Source of the DNA: a virus
Strand: one strand, 5' to 3'
Virus record (IMG/VR): IMGVR_UViG_3300008050_007409
Length of the DNA stretch: 64,000 nt
Positions 53,985-63,372 of the stretch are shown here, one piece after another. Within the stretch, counting starts at the first letter, position 1. The number at the start of each line of letters is the position of its first letter. The notes below the pieces were generated by a model, which was not told the DNA's origin, searched no databases, and saw only the letters and a program-made list of their open reading frames with translations. Made by a program: the position numbers and the translations under genes.

Positions 53985-54914
53985 ATGGAGAACCCACAGA
54001 ACATGAGCACTCAGCAGATCCTCCGGACCCCGGCCTCTGACCTGGTCCCAGATCCCAAGACCCCCTTCGTCGACGTGAACGGCGTCTTCGACGACGCCCT
54101 CGACTACATCGTCCCCGGAGACATCCCGGTCCAGAACCTCCTCTTCAACAGCAAGCACGGCCTGGGCAAGACCCTGCTCTGCGCCCACCTGATCAAGAAG
54201 CTGGGCGAGAAGCTGGGGCTGGCCGTGCCCCTGGTCACCTTCGACTGCTCCGAGGACACTCGGGAGTGGGACCTCATCGGCATGCCGACCGTCCTGCCCG
54301 ACGGCTCCACGGCCTTCCAGCTCGGACCCTTCCCGCTCGCCATCGACCTGGCCAACGAGGTCGGCTGCGCGGCGCTGCTCCTGGAAGAGATCAGCGCCCT
54401 GCCTCCCGGAGCGCAGAAGGTCTGCAACCGGATGACCGACTGGCGGAACGGCATCTACGTGGCACCGGTCGGTCAGATGTTCCGGCTCAACTCCGGTGCG
54501 ACCCTGATCGTCCTGGCCACCATGAACCCCTCGGCCTACGGCGGCGTCTACTCGCTGAACCAGGACCTCCGCTCCCGCTTCGGCGAGGAGAAGCTGGACC
54601 CGCCCACCCGAGCCCAGATGGAGAAGATCCTCAAGAAGGTCTGCCCCTGGGCCAAGCCGGCGCTCGTCAAGCAGGTCGCCCAGCTCAGTGAGGAGACCCA
54701 GGCGGAGTCGCTCGAGTACAGCCTCAGCACCCGCGACATGGTCCAGCTCCTCCAGAAGATCCAGCGCAAGAAGGGCAAGCTGGAGTCGCCCCTCCGCCAG
54801 GTCATGCACAAGTTCGAGGGCACCGAGATGAACACCGTCGCCGACCGAATCGACGGCATCTTCGCCACGCGCCTCAAGTCGAACGTGCCTGGGCGTCGGG
54901 CCTCCCATGTCTGA
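53985..54914 (+). CDS. MoxR/CbbQ-type AAA+ ATPase
   Basis: SKHGLGKT, DCSEDTREWDLIG, LLLEEI, ATMNP..YGGVYSLNQDLRSRF, LSTRD. Confidence 0.9.
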   Translation: MENPQNMSTQQILRTPASDLVPDPKTPFVDVNGVFDDALDYIVPGDIPVQNLLFNSKHGLGKTLLCAHLIKKLGEKLGLAVPLVTFDCSEDTREWDLIGMPTVLPDGSTAFQLGPFPLAIDLANEVGCAALLLEEISALPPGAQKVCNRMTDWRNGIYVAPVGQMFRLNSGATLIVLATMNPSAYGGVYSLNQDLRSRFGEEKLDPPTRAQMEKILKKVCPWAKPALVKQVAQLSEETQAESLEYSLSTRDMVQLLQKIQRKKGKLESPLRQVMHKFEGTEMNTVADRIDGIFATRLKSNVPGRRASHV

Positions 54915-56988
54915 CTCGAAGCAGAAGGTCTACGTCCCTCCGATCAAGCCGGGGAACAAGGGCCCGACTCGGAACGACCGGACCCTGAAGTGGCCGAAGA
55001 TGATGGAGGACGGCAAGTTCACCGCGGCCTACCGGGCCTTCAGCGAGGACATGTCCGTCTGCTACGACCTGGTCGACATCGGGAGCTACATCGTCGGACG
55101 TCGCCTCGTCCTCGTCGCCGGCGGACCCCGCCAGGGCATCACGAAGGCGGCGACGGACGGCACCAAGATCTTCCTCCCCAAGATGCACCCGGCCCGTCGA
55201 GTGGCCACCAAGCACGAGCTCTCCCACATCTTCTTCAAGTCGAACCTGGCCCTGCGGCTGGCCTTCGTCCGAGGGATGATCAAGAAGTTCGAGGAGGACC
55301 GTGGACGGCCTCTGGCCCTTCACCTGAAGGGGCAGATGACCGACGACCTGTGCTTCTTCATCAACATCCTGGACGACTGGCGGGTCAACAGCCTGTGGGG
55401 ATTGATCTACCCAGGCGACGGCCGGGACATGGACGAGCACTACGTCGACAAGATCGGCCCGGCCATGATGAAGAAGGCGCAGAAGATCTTCAAGAACGGG
55501 GACGTCGACCACCTGTTCACCTACGCCATCCTGCTCTGCCTGGACCAGCCGGCGCAGAGCTCGAAGTGGGGTGAGTTCGAGGACGACATCATCCAGACCC
55601 GCGACGACGTGCTCTGGACCAGCTTCCCCTCCTGCCTGGTGGCCTGCCGCCACCTGGTGGAGAAGATCCTCAAGAAGGTCGCCGAGGACATGGAGGAGGC
55701 CCCGCAGCCCCAGCCTGACCCGCTCAACGGCCTGCAGGCCGACCCCAAGCAGGCGGGGAAGGACCTGGGCGACGCCGACGACAGCGGCCAGGACCTCTCC
55801 CAGACCGGCCCCAACCAGTCCATCGAGGACGACATCAAGGCCAAGCAGAGGGAGAAGGCCGCGGCCGCAGCTGCCGACAAGGCGCTGCAGGAGCTGTTCA
55901 AGGGCAAGAAGCCCTCGGCCATCGAGTTCCGCTCCGACAACGCGGGCTTCGACGACAACCACCAGATCCCAGAGCGGAAGGTCACCGATCCGATCATCAC
56001 CAGCCAGGTCCTCAAGCTGCTCAAGATCGACCCCAAGGACGCTGGCTCCGTCCAGGACTTCCTGGACCGGGCTGGCGACGCCGGAGCTCAGCAGGCTCAG
56101 CAGATCAAGAAGAAGCTGGACGCACGAGCTCGCGACCCGCTCATCCAGAAGAGCGACTACCTGAAGAAGGCCGTGAAGGCGGACCTCCAGATCATCAAGG
56201 TGAAGAGGGAGCGACTCCGTGCCGCTGCCCTGTCTCCGGAGGATCTGGAGGTCGCCGAGAAGTGGCGGAAGCAGGTGATCCGAGCGATGGGTGCTCTGCA
56301 GAACCGGATGGTCCACCAGGGAGGCCGCCTGTCGGTCCCGGACCTGATCCGCGCCCAGCAGAGCGGGATGCCCATCCCCTGCTTCCGGCGAGAGGTCACC
56401 GGCCGCGGGTTCGAGGTCATCATCTCGGTGGACATGAGCGGTTCGATGGCCGGGAGCCTGTTCGCTGAGGTCGAGCGGCTGGTGCTCATCCTCCGCCGAG
56501 CTCTGGACTTCCCCTTCGTCAAGATGCGGGTCCAGGGCTGGGCCAGCAAGGAGGACGGCGGCGTCACGCTCTACGACTACCCGGTCTGCACGGGGAACGA
56601 GGGCCTGGTCTCTCCCGAGAGCCGCGCCGGCGGCGTCACGCCGTTGAGCTTCGCGGTCCAGCTCGCTGGCCAGAGCCTCCGGAACTCCCGCAACGAGCGC
56701 CACGTCTTCCTGCTCAGCGACGGCTTCCCGGTCTACCGGCTCAAGAACAAGAGCCAGTACATGCAGACCGGCGCCCTGCAGGAGTGGACCCGAGACGCGG
56801 TGCAGGAGCTCCGCAAGCAGCGCATCCGGTGCTGGTGCTGGATGATCGGCCGCCACGTCCCCCGCGATGGTGCGATGGACCAGATGTTCGGCCCTCGGAA
56901 CTGGCGAAAGATCAACGTCGAGCAGCTCTACCAGGACGGCTTCGACTTCCTCACCCAACAGTTCCTCGCCTACCTCCGGAGTCGTTGA
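54907..56988 (+). CDS. VWA-domain protein with N-terminal HExxH metallopeptidase-like domain
   Basis: AATDG..HELSH..NILDDWRVN; MIDAS DMSGSM, GVTP, LSDG. Confidence 0.9.
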   Translation: MSDSKQKVYVPPIKPGNKGPTRNDRTLKWPKMMEDGKFTAAYRAFSEDMSVCYDLVDIGSYIVGRRLVLVAGGPRQGITKAATDGTKIFLPKMHPARRVATKHELSHIFFKSNLALRLAFVRGMIKKFEEDRGRPLALHLKGQMTDDLCFFINILDDWRVNSLWGLIYPGDGRDMDEHYVDKIGPAMMKKAQKIFKNGDVDHLFTYAILLCLDQPAQSSKWGEFEDDIIQTRDDVLWTSFPSCLVACRHLVEKILKKVAEDMEEAPQPQPDPLNGLQADPKQAGKDLGDADDSGQDLSQTGPNQSIEDDIKAKQREKAAAAAADKALQELFKGKKPSAIEFRSDNAGFDDNHQIPERKVTDPIITSQVLKLLKIDPKDAGSVQDFLDRAGDAGAQQAQQIKKKLDARARDPLIQKSDYLKKAVKADLQIIKVKRERLRAAALSPEDLEVAEKWRKQVIRAMGALQNRMVHQGGRLSVPDLIRAQQSGMPIPCFRREVTGRGFEVIISVDMSGSMAGSLFAEVERLVLILRRALDFPFVKMRVQGWASKEDGGVTLYDYPVCTGNEGLVSPESRAGGVTPLSFAVQLAGQSLRNSRNERHVFLLSDGFPVYRLKNKSQYMQTGALQEWTRDAVQELRKQRIRCWCWMIGRHVPRDGAMDQMFGPRNWRKINVEQLYQDGFDFLTQQFLAYLRSR

Positions 56989-57452
56989 TGCTCGAAGACC
57001 ACCCCGTGATCAAGGAGTTCCTGAAGTGGCTCTACGATCCGCAACCTCATGGCTGGCCCACCTACGCCTCCTACACCGGCCTCGAGGGGTTGGAGTTCCG
57101 TCGCAGTCTGGAGGGGGAGCATCCCCACGTCGTCGAGACCTGGAAGCCCGGCGATGAGGAGGCTTGCGGGCAGATCTGCCTCGACTGCGGTTGCTCCAAC
57201 CACCAGCCCTGCGGTGAGGGCAACTGTCCCCACTGCGGGCCCTGGGCCTCCGGTCGCCAGATCGGCTGGATCCCCCAGAAGACCTGGGGGTTCCGCTGCG
57301 ATGCCCAGACCCTCGAAGGTGACTGCCACTGGAGTCACCTCTCCGAAGGCGGCGATCCCCCCAACCCCTGCGGCGAGGCCAAGAAGTGCCTCAAGGGCAG
57401 GGACGACTACTACGGCTGCGCCGGGAAGGAGCTCAAGACGACATGCACCTGA
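56988..57452 (+). CDS. Cys-rich hypothetical protein
   Basis: TGATG coupling; CLDCGC, CPHC and many further Cys. Confidence 0.7.
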   Translation: MLEDHPVIKEFLKWLYDPQPHGWPTYASYTGLEGLEFRRSLEGEHPHVVETWKPGDEEACGQICLDCGCSNHQPCGEGNCPHCGPWASGRQIGWIPQKTWGFRCDAQTLEGDCHWSHLSEGGDPPNPCGEAKKCLKGRDDYYGCAGKELKTTCT

Positions 57453-58189
57453 ACCGACTCGAATTCGACAGGAAGTTCCCTGGCCCGGTCCTGGGTCTCG
57501 ATGAGGTGGGGACCGGAGCCATCGCCGGCCCGATCACCGTCTGCGGCCTGGTCCTGCCGGGCGACCCCGAGGTCGAGGAGCTGCTCTACAAGGCAGGGGC
57601 TCGGGACTCGAAGCAGCTCAGCCCCTCTCGAAGGGAGGCCATCGCCGAGCTGGTCCACGATCACTACGTCTGGCACTACATCGTCCAGGTCGAGGCCGTG
57701 GACTACAAGAAGGGCTGGATGGCCAGGCACCTGGACGACCTGTTCCGGCAGGTGTTGAACGAGGCCCTGGCTCGAGGCCCCGCGGTGAAGACCATCATCA
57801 TCGACGGGGACCAGGACCGGGACCTCAGGGGCTACCACTTCCGGGCGATCCCCAAGGCCGACGACAAGTCCCTGACGGTCGCCTGCGCCTCCATCATGGC
57901 CAAGGTCCACCGGGACCGGCAGATGGCGGCCCTGGAGGGAGATCACCCCGGCTACGGCTTCGCCCAGCACAACGGCTACTGCACCAAGCAGCACAAGGAG
58001 GCTCTCCTCCGCCTGGGCACCGTCGACGGCGTGCACCGCGACAACAAGGTCACCAGACGGGTCAGCGCCTCTCGATCAGCGCTCCCGGAGGCGGAGCGGG
58101 ACGGGGCTTGGACCTCGCGACTGCGCCGGAGGGAGTCTTCCGTCGCAGACGCTCGACGATTCCGTCCTGGTAGCGGAAGATTCCGTTGA
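57443..58189 (+). CDS. rnhB: ribonuclease HII
   Basis: GLDEVGTGAIAGP, RDSKQLS, IIDG, KADDKSLTVACASIMAKVHRD, YGFAQHNGY.TKQH, HR. Confidence 0.95.
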   Translation: MHLNRLEFDRKFPGPVLGLDEVGTGAIAGPITVCGLVLPGDPEVEELLYKAGARDSKQLSPSRREAIAELVHDHYVWHYIVQVEAVDYKKGWMARHLDDLFRQVLNEALARGPAVKTIIIDGDQDRDLRGYHFRAIPKADDKSLTVACASIMAKVHRDRQMAALEGDHPGYGFAQHNGYCTKQHKEALLRLGTVDGVHRDNKVTRRVSASRSALPEAERDGAWTSRLRRRESSVADARRFRPGSGRFR

Positions 58190-58520
58190 GGGCAGCGATC
58201 CTCGTCACCCGCCGGACAGAGCCGTCCGGCAACTCCACCTGCTCTCCTGGGCCGAAGATCAGCGTGTAGCGTTGGTCTTCGGCCTGGAGTGTCCTGGCGA
58301 TTTCATTCTCCCGTAGACTCAGCTTCTGAGCAGCCAGGGAGGCTGTGCGCGCTTCGGCCACGAGCTCGTAGATGAGCACCTGCCGTCCCTTCCGCTTGGT
58401 CCAGACGCCCTTCTTCATGTTGAGCTGCTGGATCCGGGGACTGGCCCCGATCTTGGAGCCGACCTCGACGTAGAGCACGGTCGAGGCGAAGCGTCTGAGC
58501 AGGCTGTGGATCGGGTACAT
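58062..58520 (-). CDS. hypothetical basic protein
   Basis: Coding-like frame filling the gap; 3' end overlaps rnhB. Confidence 0.6.
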   Translation of the reverse strand: MYPIHSLLRRFASTVLYVEVGSKIGASPRIQQLNMKKGVWTKRKGRQVLIYELVAEARTASLAAQKLSLRENEIARTLQAEDQRYTLIFGPGEQVELPDGSVRRVTRIAALNGIFRYQDGIVERLRRKTPSGAVARSKPRPAPPPGALIERR

Positions 58521-58592
58521 GGTCTACATCGTAAGCGAGAGCAGACGCACGCGCCCCGGCCACGCCTTGCGACGCAGCCGGGGGTTGTACGA

Positions 58593-59924
58593 TCAGGGCT
58601 GTGCGTTCAGGACCTGCTGGGCGGTCACCTGGGTCTGCAGGACGTGGAGCAGGCTCCTCATGAGGACCGGGGTGTCCTTCCGGACCCGGACCCCCTTCGG
58701 AGTCGACGCCGGCCGCTGACGCGGCTTCGCCTGGGGACGGGCACGTGCCCGGCTCACGGGCACGTTGCTCAAGTCCATGCGGAAGGTCAGAGGCTCTCGC
58801 TCGAGCTGACGACCGGCGACCTTGCGAGCCGCGTAGACGCCTTCCTCCTCCCAGCCGTAGATCTGGCCGACCAGGCGGTCGAAGGCCTTCGTGAAGCGCT
58901 CACCGTCCCGGCTGCGGGTGCTGCGCATGAGCTTCTGCGCGTGGCCGACATCGGTGAACTTGCCGTCCTTCACCAGGTACTCGGCAGCCTCCTTCGAGCT
59001 CTGGGCGCTGATCAACGCCTTGACGGTGACCAGGATGCCCCGGTACTCGGTCATGTTGAAGCGCTGTCTCCAGAAGGCGATGATCGCTCCAGCCTGCCGA
59101 GAGTCCTCCTCGATGCGCTGCTTCTCGGCCTCCTTCTCGGCCTCGTCCGCGATCCGAGCCTCCTCAGCCTCCTTCGCGGCCTGCACCTCGTCCGCGATCT
59201 GGGCCTTCAGGATCTCGTAGGCCCCGATGGCCTGACCGTACTCCTCGTCCAGCGGCCCCTTCAGCTCCTGGAAGATGTCCTGGTTCGCCTCGAGGAGCGC
59301 CGTGAGGCCGTCGTGAGCGGCAACGACACCGACGACGTCCTCCTTGTCGACGCACTTCCGCATCTCGGAGATGAGGGCACGTCCGGACTCGATGGCCTGG
59401 GCGATCCGCATCTCGTCCTGGTGCTGGTTCGAGAGCTCGAAGAGGTCCTTCGCCCCTCGGTAGAGTTCGTCCAGGACAGAGACGTTGTAGTCCACACGAC
59501 AGGTCTCGGTCGTCATCACCCGGTCCAGCTCCTTCCAGACCTCGTCGAAGGCCACCTTGGCAGTACCAAAGTCGGACTCACCTTCGTAGGCCAGCACCAG
59601 GGCCTCAGAGGTCTCCTGCACCTTCTGGGTCAGCTTCTGGGTGTTCTTGGCCTGGGCGATGGCCCTCTCCCGCTCCATGATCCACAGCTCGGCGTCCAGG
59701 TGCGCCAGGATCTTCTCCGCGGTCTTGGCGCCGACCTTGTGGAGGTCGGTGAGCAGCCCGTCGACCTTGATGGCCTTCGACTTCACCTTCGCTGCGATGT
59801 TCTCCGCGTTCTTCCCCTTGAAGGGGAACTTGCCCCCGATCTCGATGCCCTGCAGTGCGGTGACGAGCTCTCCAGTGCTCATCATGTCGATCATCCGAAG
59901 ATGGTCGCGGTGGTTGGTGTCCAT
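58593..59924 (-). CDS. coiled-coil protein with helix-hairpin-helix motif
   Basis: RBS AGGAGG; DLHKVGAKTAEKI HhH motif; E/A/K-rich coil. Confidence 0.75.
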   Translation of the reverse strand: MDTNHRDHLRMIDMMSTGELVTALQGIEIGGKFPFKGKNAENIAAKVKSKAIKVDGLLTDLHKVGAKTAEKILAHLDAELWIMERERAIAQAKNTQKLTQKVQETSEALVLAYEGESDFGTAKVAFDEVWKELDRVMTTETCRVDYNVSVLDELYRGAKDLFELSNQHQDEMRIAQAIESGRALISEMRKCVDKEDVVGVVAAHDGLTALLEANQDIFQELKGPLDEEYGQAIGAYEILKAQIADEVQAAKEAEEARIADEAEKEAEKQRIEEDSRQAGAIIAFWRQRFNMTEYRGILVTVKALISAQSSKEAAEYLVKDGKFTDVGHAQKLMRSTRSRDGERFTKAFDRLVGQIYGWEEEGVYAARKVAGRQLEREPLTFRMDLSNVPVSRARARPQAKPRQRPASTPKGVRVRKDTPVLMRSLLHVLQTQVTAQQVLNAQP

Positions 59925-59968
59925 GAACCCTCCTGTTGTGTTGGGGATCGTTCCCCTTGGGTCAGGTT

Positions 59969-60025
59969 CTTATGCGTGGATCAACCTCCTCATTACGCGT
60001 AGATACGTCCCGATTCTTGGATAAG
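59969..60025. promoter_or_regulatory. divergent pair of GNATAAG motifs
   Basis: GCATAAG on - strand (59975-59969) and GGATAAG on + strand (60019-60025), each pointing to its own gene. Confidence 0.55.
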
Positions 60026-60048
60026 AAGCCGAACCCCCAACCAAGGAG

Positions 60049-60675
60049 ATGCACCTGGACTCAGAGCATCACACTGGCGTGTACCAATCAGAGTTCTACC
60101 TCCAATGGGCACTGGAGGATCTGGACTCCTTCGACAACATGGAACTCACCTACATGCACTCCGTCGAGCCCGTCATGCGGATCGTGGAGAAGGGTCGAGG
60201 CGGCGGCATCAAGAGGCTCATCGCACGGGAGAGATTCCGGAAGCACCAGGAGACCTCGGACTACACGATCCACGCCGACTACGAGGACTTCGACGACGTA
60301 GACCACGGCTTCGACATGCTCATGGCAGACCACCAGTGCTGGGCGATCTACTTCGACGGGCCCGGACTTGAGTGGGTACCTGAGATCGAAGACTGTATGG
60401 ATGCCCTGGAGGCCATCCTCGCCCGCGAAGAGAACACTCTGGTGGTCTTGATCGACGTGCACGGTGGCAACACCTACGTGGTCCGTTCCCCATACATCGC
60501 TGAGGGTCGATTCCACCCTGACGCTGGTTACTACGCTTTCGACGAGGTCGTGTCGTTCGGAGAGCACCCAGGACACAACACCCACGAGGCCTACGCGCTC
60601 ACGCCCGAAATCCTCGAAGCTGCAGCAGAAATACAGAAGACCCTGGAGGGCTACGAGAATGAACATGCAGGTTGA
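60049..60675 (+). CDS. hypothetical protein (paralog A)
   Basis: Acidic; aligns by eye with the next gene. Confidence 0.75.
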   Translation: MHLDSEHHTGVYQSEFYLQWALEDLDSFDNMELTYMHSVEPVMRIVEKGRGGGIKRLIARERFRKHQETSDYTIHADYEDFDDVDHGFDMLMADHQCWAIYFDGPGLEWVPEIEDCMDALEAILAREENTLVVLIDVHGGNTYVVRSPYIAEGRFHPDAGYYAFDEVVSFGEHPGHNTHEAYALTPEILEAAAEIQKTLEGYENEHAG

Positions 60676-61348
60676 GGACCTCCCTCAGCGCGGAGTCTAC
60701 CCAGCCACAGAGTCCGTGATCGACTGGCTCTCCCACAAGTTCGAGGCCATCGATCAGGGAGTCTTCGTCCACTTCCGAGGCCTCCGCAAGATCGTCAAGT
60801 CCGTGGACAGAGCGGAAGGTGGATCTGTGATCCATCGTCTCAAGGCCAGGTCCGCCCTGCGCGAATACAACGAGACCCACGAGACTGATGTCCGCTGGAC
60901 CGACGTGAAGCACAGAACCACCAATTACGTCCCGGCCTTCGCCGGCGACTGGGTGGCCTTCACCGACAACTCCAAGTCCATCCTGGAGGACCCGGAAGAC
61001 GGCTCGAACTACTACATCGAGGACGCCCTCTACGGGGCTCCGATGGACGTCCGCTGGGCGATCATCTGGGATCCGATGGAGTGCATCATCGTGGTCTACC
61101 GGTCCCCGGTCCTCAAGGACTGCCTGGACATCGACCAGGAGCAGCTCCTCTCCTGCGGCATGACCCAAGGAGACCGGCTGTCCTTCGTCCTCCCCTCGGA
61201 GATCGAGGGAGCCATCCGACAGGACGTGGACAGGATGGAGAACGACAACCAGCCCTCCGGAGTCATCTCGGAGCACGCGCTGATGAATCCCCCCGCACGC
61301 GTCGAGAACATCAGCATCACGGAGTTCCTCTCATGGGCGAAGTGGTAG
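60659..61348 (+). CDS. hypothetical protein (paralog B)
   Basis: RBS GGAGG; aligns by eye with the previous gene. Confidence 0.75.
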   Translation: MNMQVEDLPQRGVYPATESVIDWLSHKFEAIDQGVFVHFRGLRKIVKSVDRAEGGSVIHRLKARSALREYNETHETDVRWTDVKHRTTNYVPAFAGDWVAFTDNSKSILEDPEDGSNYYIEDALYGAPMDVRWAIIWDPMECIIVVYRSPVLKDCLDIDQEQLLSCGMTQGDRLSFVLPSEIEGAIRQDVDRMENDNQPSGVISEHALMNPPARVENISITEFLSWAKW

Positions 61349-61968
61349 ATCCACGAATCGAGAAGCGGTGGGAGGGAGTCCCTCTCAACGCCAGGCCTGG
61401 AGGGTGGCAGAAGTGGGACGGCCTCCAGGTCCGTCGCTGGAAGGAGGCGGCGCAGAAGCGATACCGCAAGAAGCTTCAGTGGATGAAGAAGATCACCGAG
61501 CTGGCCAGCCGCGAGAGGAAGGGTCCGGTCTCCATCCGTGTCGCGGACGGCGGACTGCCGGTGATCGTCGAGGCCACCTACGGACCCCTCTCGGGCCGCC
61601 CGAGCTTCATCATCACGGTCCGGGAGGAGAACCCCCTGGCTGAGGGGATCAACGAGGCCGGGATGCGCATGTCCTACTTCGACGGGTGCAAGCAGCTCCC
61701 CTTCCACGCCATCCCCCACAGGCTCTCGGAGCTCCCCGCGGTCTTCACCGACCTGACCACCGAGCACAAGATCATCGGCCCGCGCCGCTTCCTCACGAAG
61801 CTGTTCGAGGTCATCGGATACTTCGGCGGCAACGCCACCGTCATCATCAAGCCCAGCAACCTCACCTTCACGGTGGATCCGGAGCAGTTCCGACGCTGGG
61901 CAGAGAAGCCGGAGGAGATGCTCTCCTTGCTGGCTGGTCAGATGAAATCTCTGGAGGATCACGGATAA
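61333..61968 (+). CDS. hypothetical protein
   Basis: RBS GGAG; start at MGEVVDPR. Confidence 0.7.
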   Translation: MGEVVDPRIEKRWEGVPLNARPGGWQKWDGLQVRRWKEAAQKRYRKKLQWMKKITELASRERKGPVSIRVADGGLPVIVEATYGPLSGRPSFIITVREENPLAEGINEAGMRMSYFDGCKQLPFHAIPHRLSELPAVFTDLTTEHKIIGPRRFLTKLFEVIGYFGGNATVIIKPSNLTFTVDPEQFRRWAEKPEEMLSLLAGQMKSLEDHG

Positions 61969-62415
61969 GTGAGCGACACCAAGGACACGCTGGCGGGGAT
62001 TCGCAAGAAGTTCTCCCGCACGGCAATCGAGCAGATCATGAAGACCAAGACCCTGGACGCCGACAAGCAGCGACGGCTCTGGGCCCGCGCCAGTGCGGGC
62101 AAGCGGTTCATCCTCACCCTCCTGGCGCCAGAGCTCTTGGAGCTGCGAGCTCGTCACGATGCTCTGGAGATGTTCGTCCTGGACTTCATCGAGCCTCGGC
62201 TGGGTGAAGAGACAGCCGAGAGCCTTCAGGAACGGCTGGAGACCTACCGCAGGAAGGCCTTGGCTGACCTGCCTGAGAACGACCAGCTCAAGCACTTCGC
62301 CGACCCGGCCATCCAGAAGGAGATCTGGAAGGGCATCGAGGATGGGATGAAGCGCAGCGTCGAGAAGAGCCAGCGCAAGAAGCTCCTCAGCAGCGCTGGC
62401 GTCGAGGAGCAGTGA
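61969..62415 (+). CDS. hypothetical helical protein
   Basis: GTG start abutting previous stop; RBS GGAGG. Confidence 0.75.
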   Translation: MSDTKDTLAGIRKKFSRTAIEQIMKTKTLDADKQRRLWARASAGKRFILTLLAPELLELRARHDALEMFVLDFIEPRLGEETAESLQERLETYRRKALADLPENDQLKHFADPAIQKEIWKGIEDGMKRSVEKSQRKKLLSSAGVEEQ

Positions 62416-62666
62416 AGCCAAGTTTCCTCGTACCCTTTCTGTTCGGTCAGAAGGTCGAGGTGATTCGGGAAACCAGAGTGATCTTCGCAGGCGTGGAGTT
62501 CTGGATTCCTATGGGGTCGAAGGGTCGGGTGGTGCGAACTACTGCCGGATCCTCCTCGACCTTGGTACAGCTGGAGGACGAACACCGACACCTCCAAATC
62601 CCCAACCTGAATCTCCTCCCGATCAACGTGGAGGAGCGCATCAAGACGAGGTTCAAGCGCAGATGA
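62412..62666 (+). CDS. small hypothetical protein, possible SH3-like barrel
   Basis: GTGA overlap; FGQKVEV..GSKGRVV..VQLED. Confidence 0.65.
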   Translation: MKPSFLVPFLFGQKVEVIRETRVIFAGVEFWIPMGSKGRVVRTTAGSSSTLVQLEDEHRHLQIPNLNLLPINVEERIKTRFKRR

Positions 62667-62977
62667 GCGTACAGATCACCATCCGGTTCGAGGACGGCAC
62701 CCTCGAGACCGTGAGTACCGAAGCCTTCGTGCTGACCTCCTTCGAGGCCGAAGACGGCAACGAGGAAGGCCAGCTCTCCCCCAAGACCTACGAATTCCCT
62801 CCCGGCAAGGGCTGGCCGGTCTTCGAGGCCATCGCCATCCTGGGCGAGCGCCTGATGCAGGAGCAGGGTCCGGTCATGCAGTCCATCGGGATGGCCGTGC
62901 ACAAGACCATGGAGGCCGGTCGCAAGATGATCGCCTCCGCCAACGAGGAGCTTCGGAAGTCGCAGGCAGACGGCTGA
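62663..62977 (+). CDS. hypothetical protein
   Basis: ATGA overlap, RBS GGAGG. Confidence 0.75.
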   Translation: MSVQITIRFEDGTLETVSTEAFVLTSFEAEDGNEEGQLSPKTYEFPPGKGWPVFEAIAILGERLMQEQGPVMQSIGMAVHKTMEAGRKMIASANEELRKSQADG

Positions 62978-63255
62978 GGACCTTCTACGTCTGGAGCGGC
63001 TCCCTTCTGGGAGAAGCCGTACAGGCTGAGAACCACTGGAGCGCGGTCGAGACGGCCGTACACCAGCAGGTCGACCGCCATGAGCACTGCGTACTGGGTC
63101 CAGTTACCCGAGTAACTCTGCTCTCCCGAGGTGAGTCGGATGACGATGAGTGGATGGCGCCTCCCTACGAGGAGCACTTCCCTGGCCTCTTCATGGACGA
63201 AGATGGCCCCCTCGACGAGAACGATCTCGTCTTCACAGTGGCCTCCCTTGAGTAG
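62974..63255 (+). CDS. acidic hypothetical protein missed by the ORF track, probable CTG start
   Basis: 93 sense codons (M)RTFYVWSGSLLGEAVQAENHWSAVETAV..DLVFTVASLE*, beginning in a CTGA overlap. Confidence 0.55.
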   Translation: MRTFYVWSGSLLGEAVQAENHWSAVETAVHQQVDRHEHCVLGPVTRVTLLSRGESDDDEWMAPPYEEHFPGLFMDEDGPLDENDLVFTVASLE

Positions 63256-63319
63256 TACTGTGAGTACCCCTCCGCCGGCCGATCGTGGCTGGCTACCCTT
63301 CGACAATCCGCAAAGCAGA

Positions 63320-63348
63320 CCCCCGGCGCCTACGACAGGTGCTGGGGG
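63320..63348 (+). terminator. GC-rich hairpin
   Basis: cccccggcgcct-acgac-aggtgctggggg followed by tt. Confidence 0.5.
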
Positions 63349-63372
63349 TTCCCGCCTTGCGACTGGAGAGAA

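Noticed and set aside
53725-53985. GATC cluster as a Dam-regulated origin
   Set aside because: GATC is abundant throughout this sequence, so local enrichment cannot be claimed without counting.
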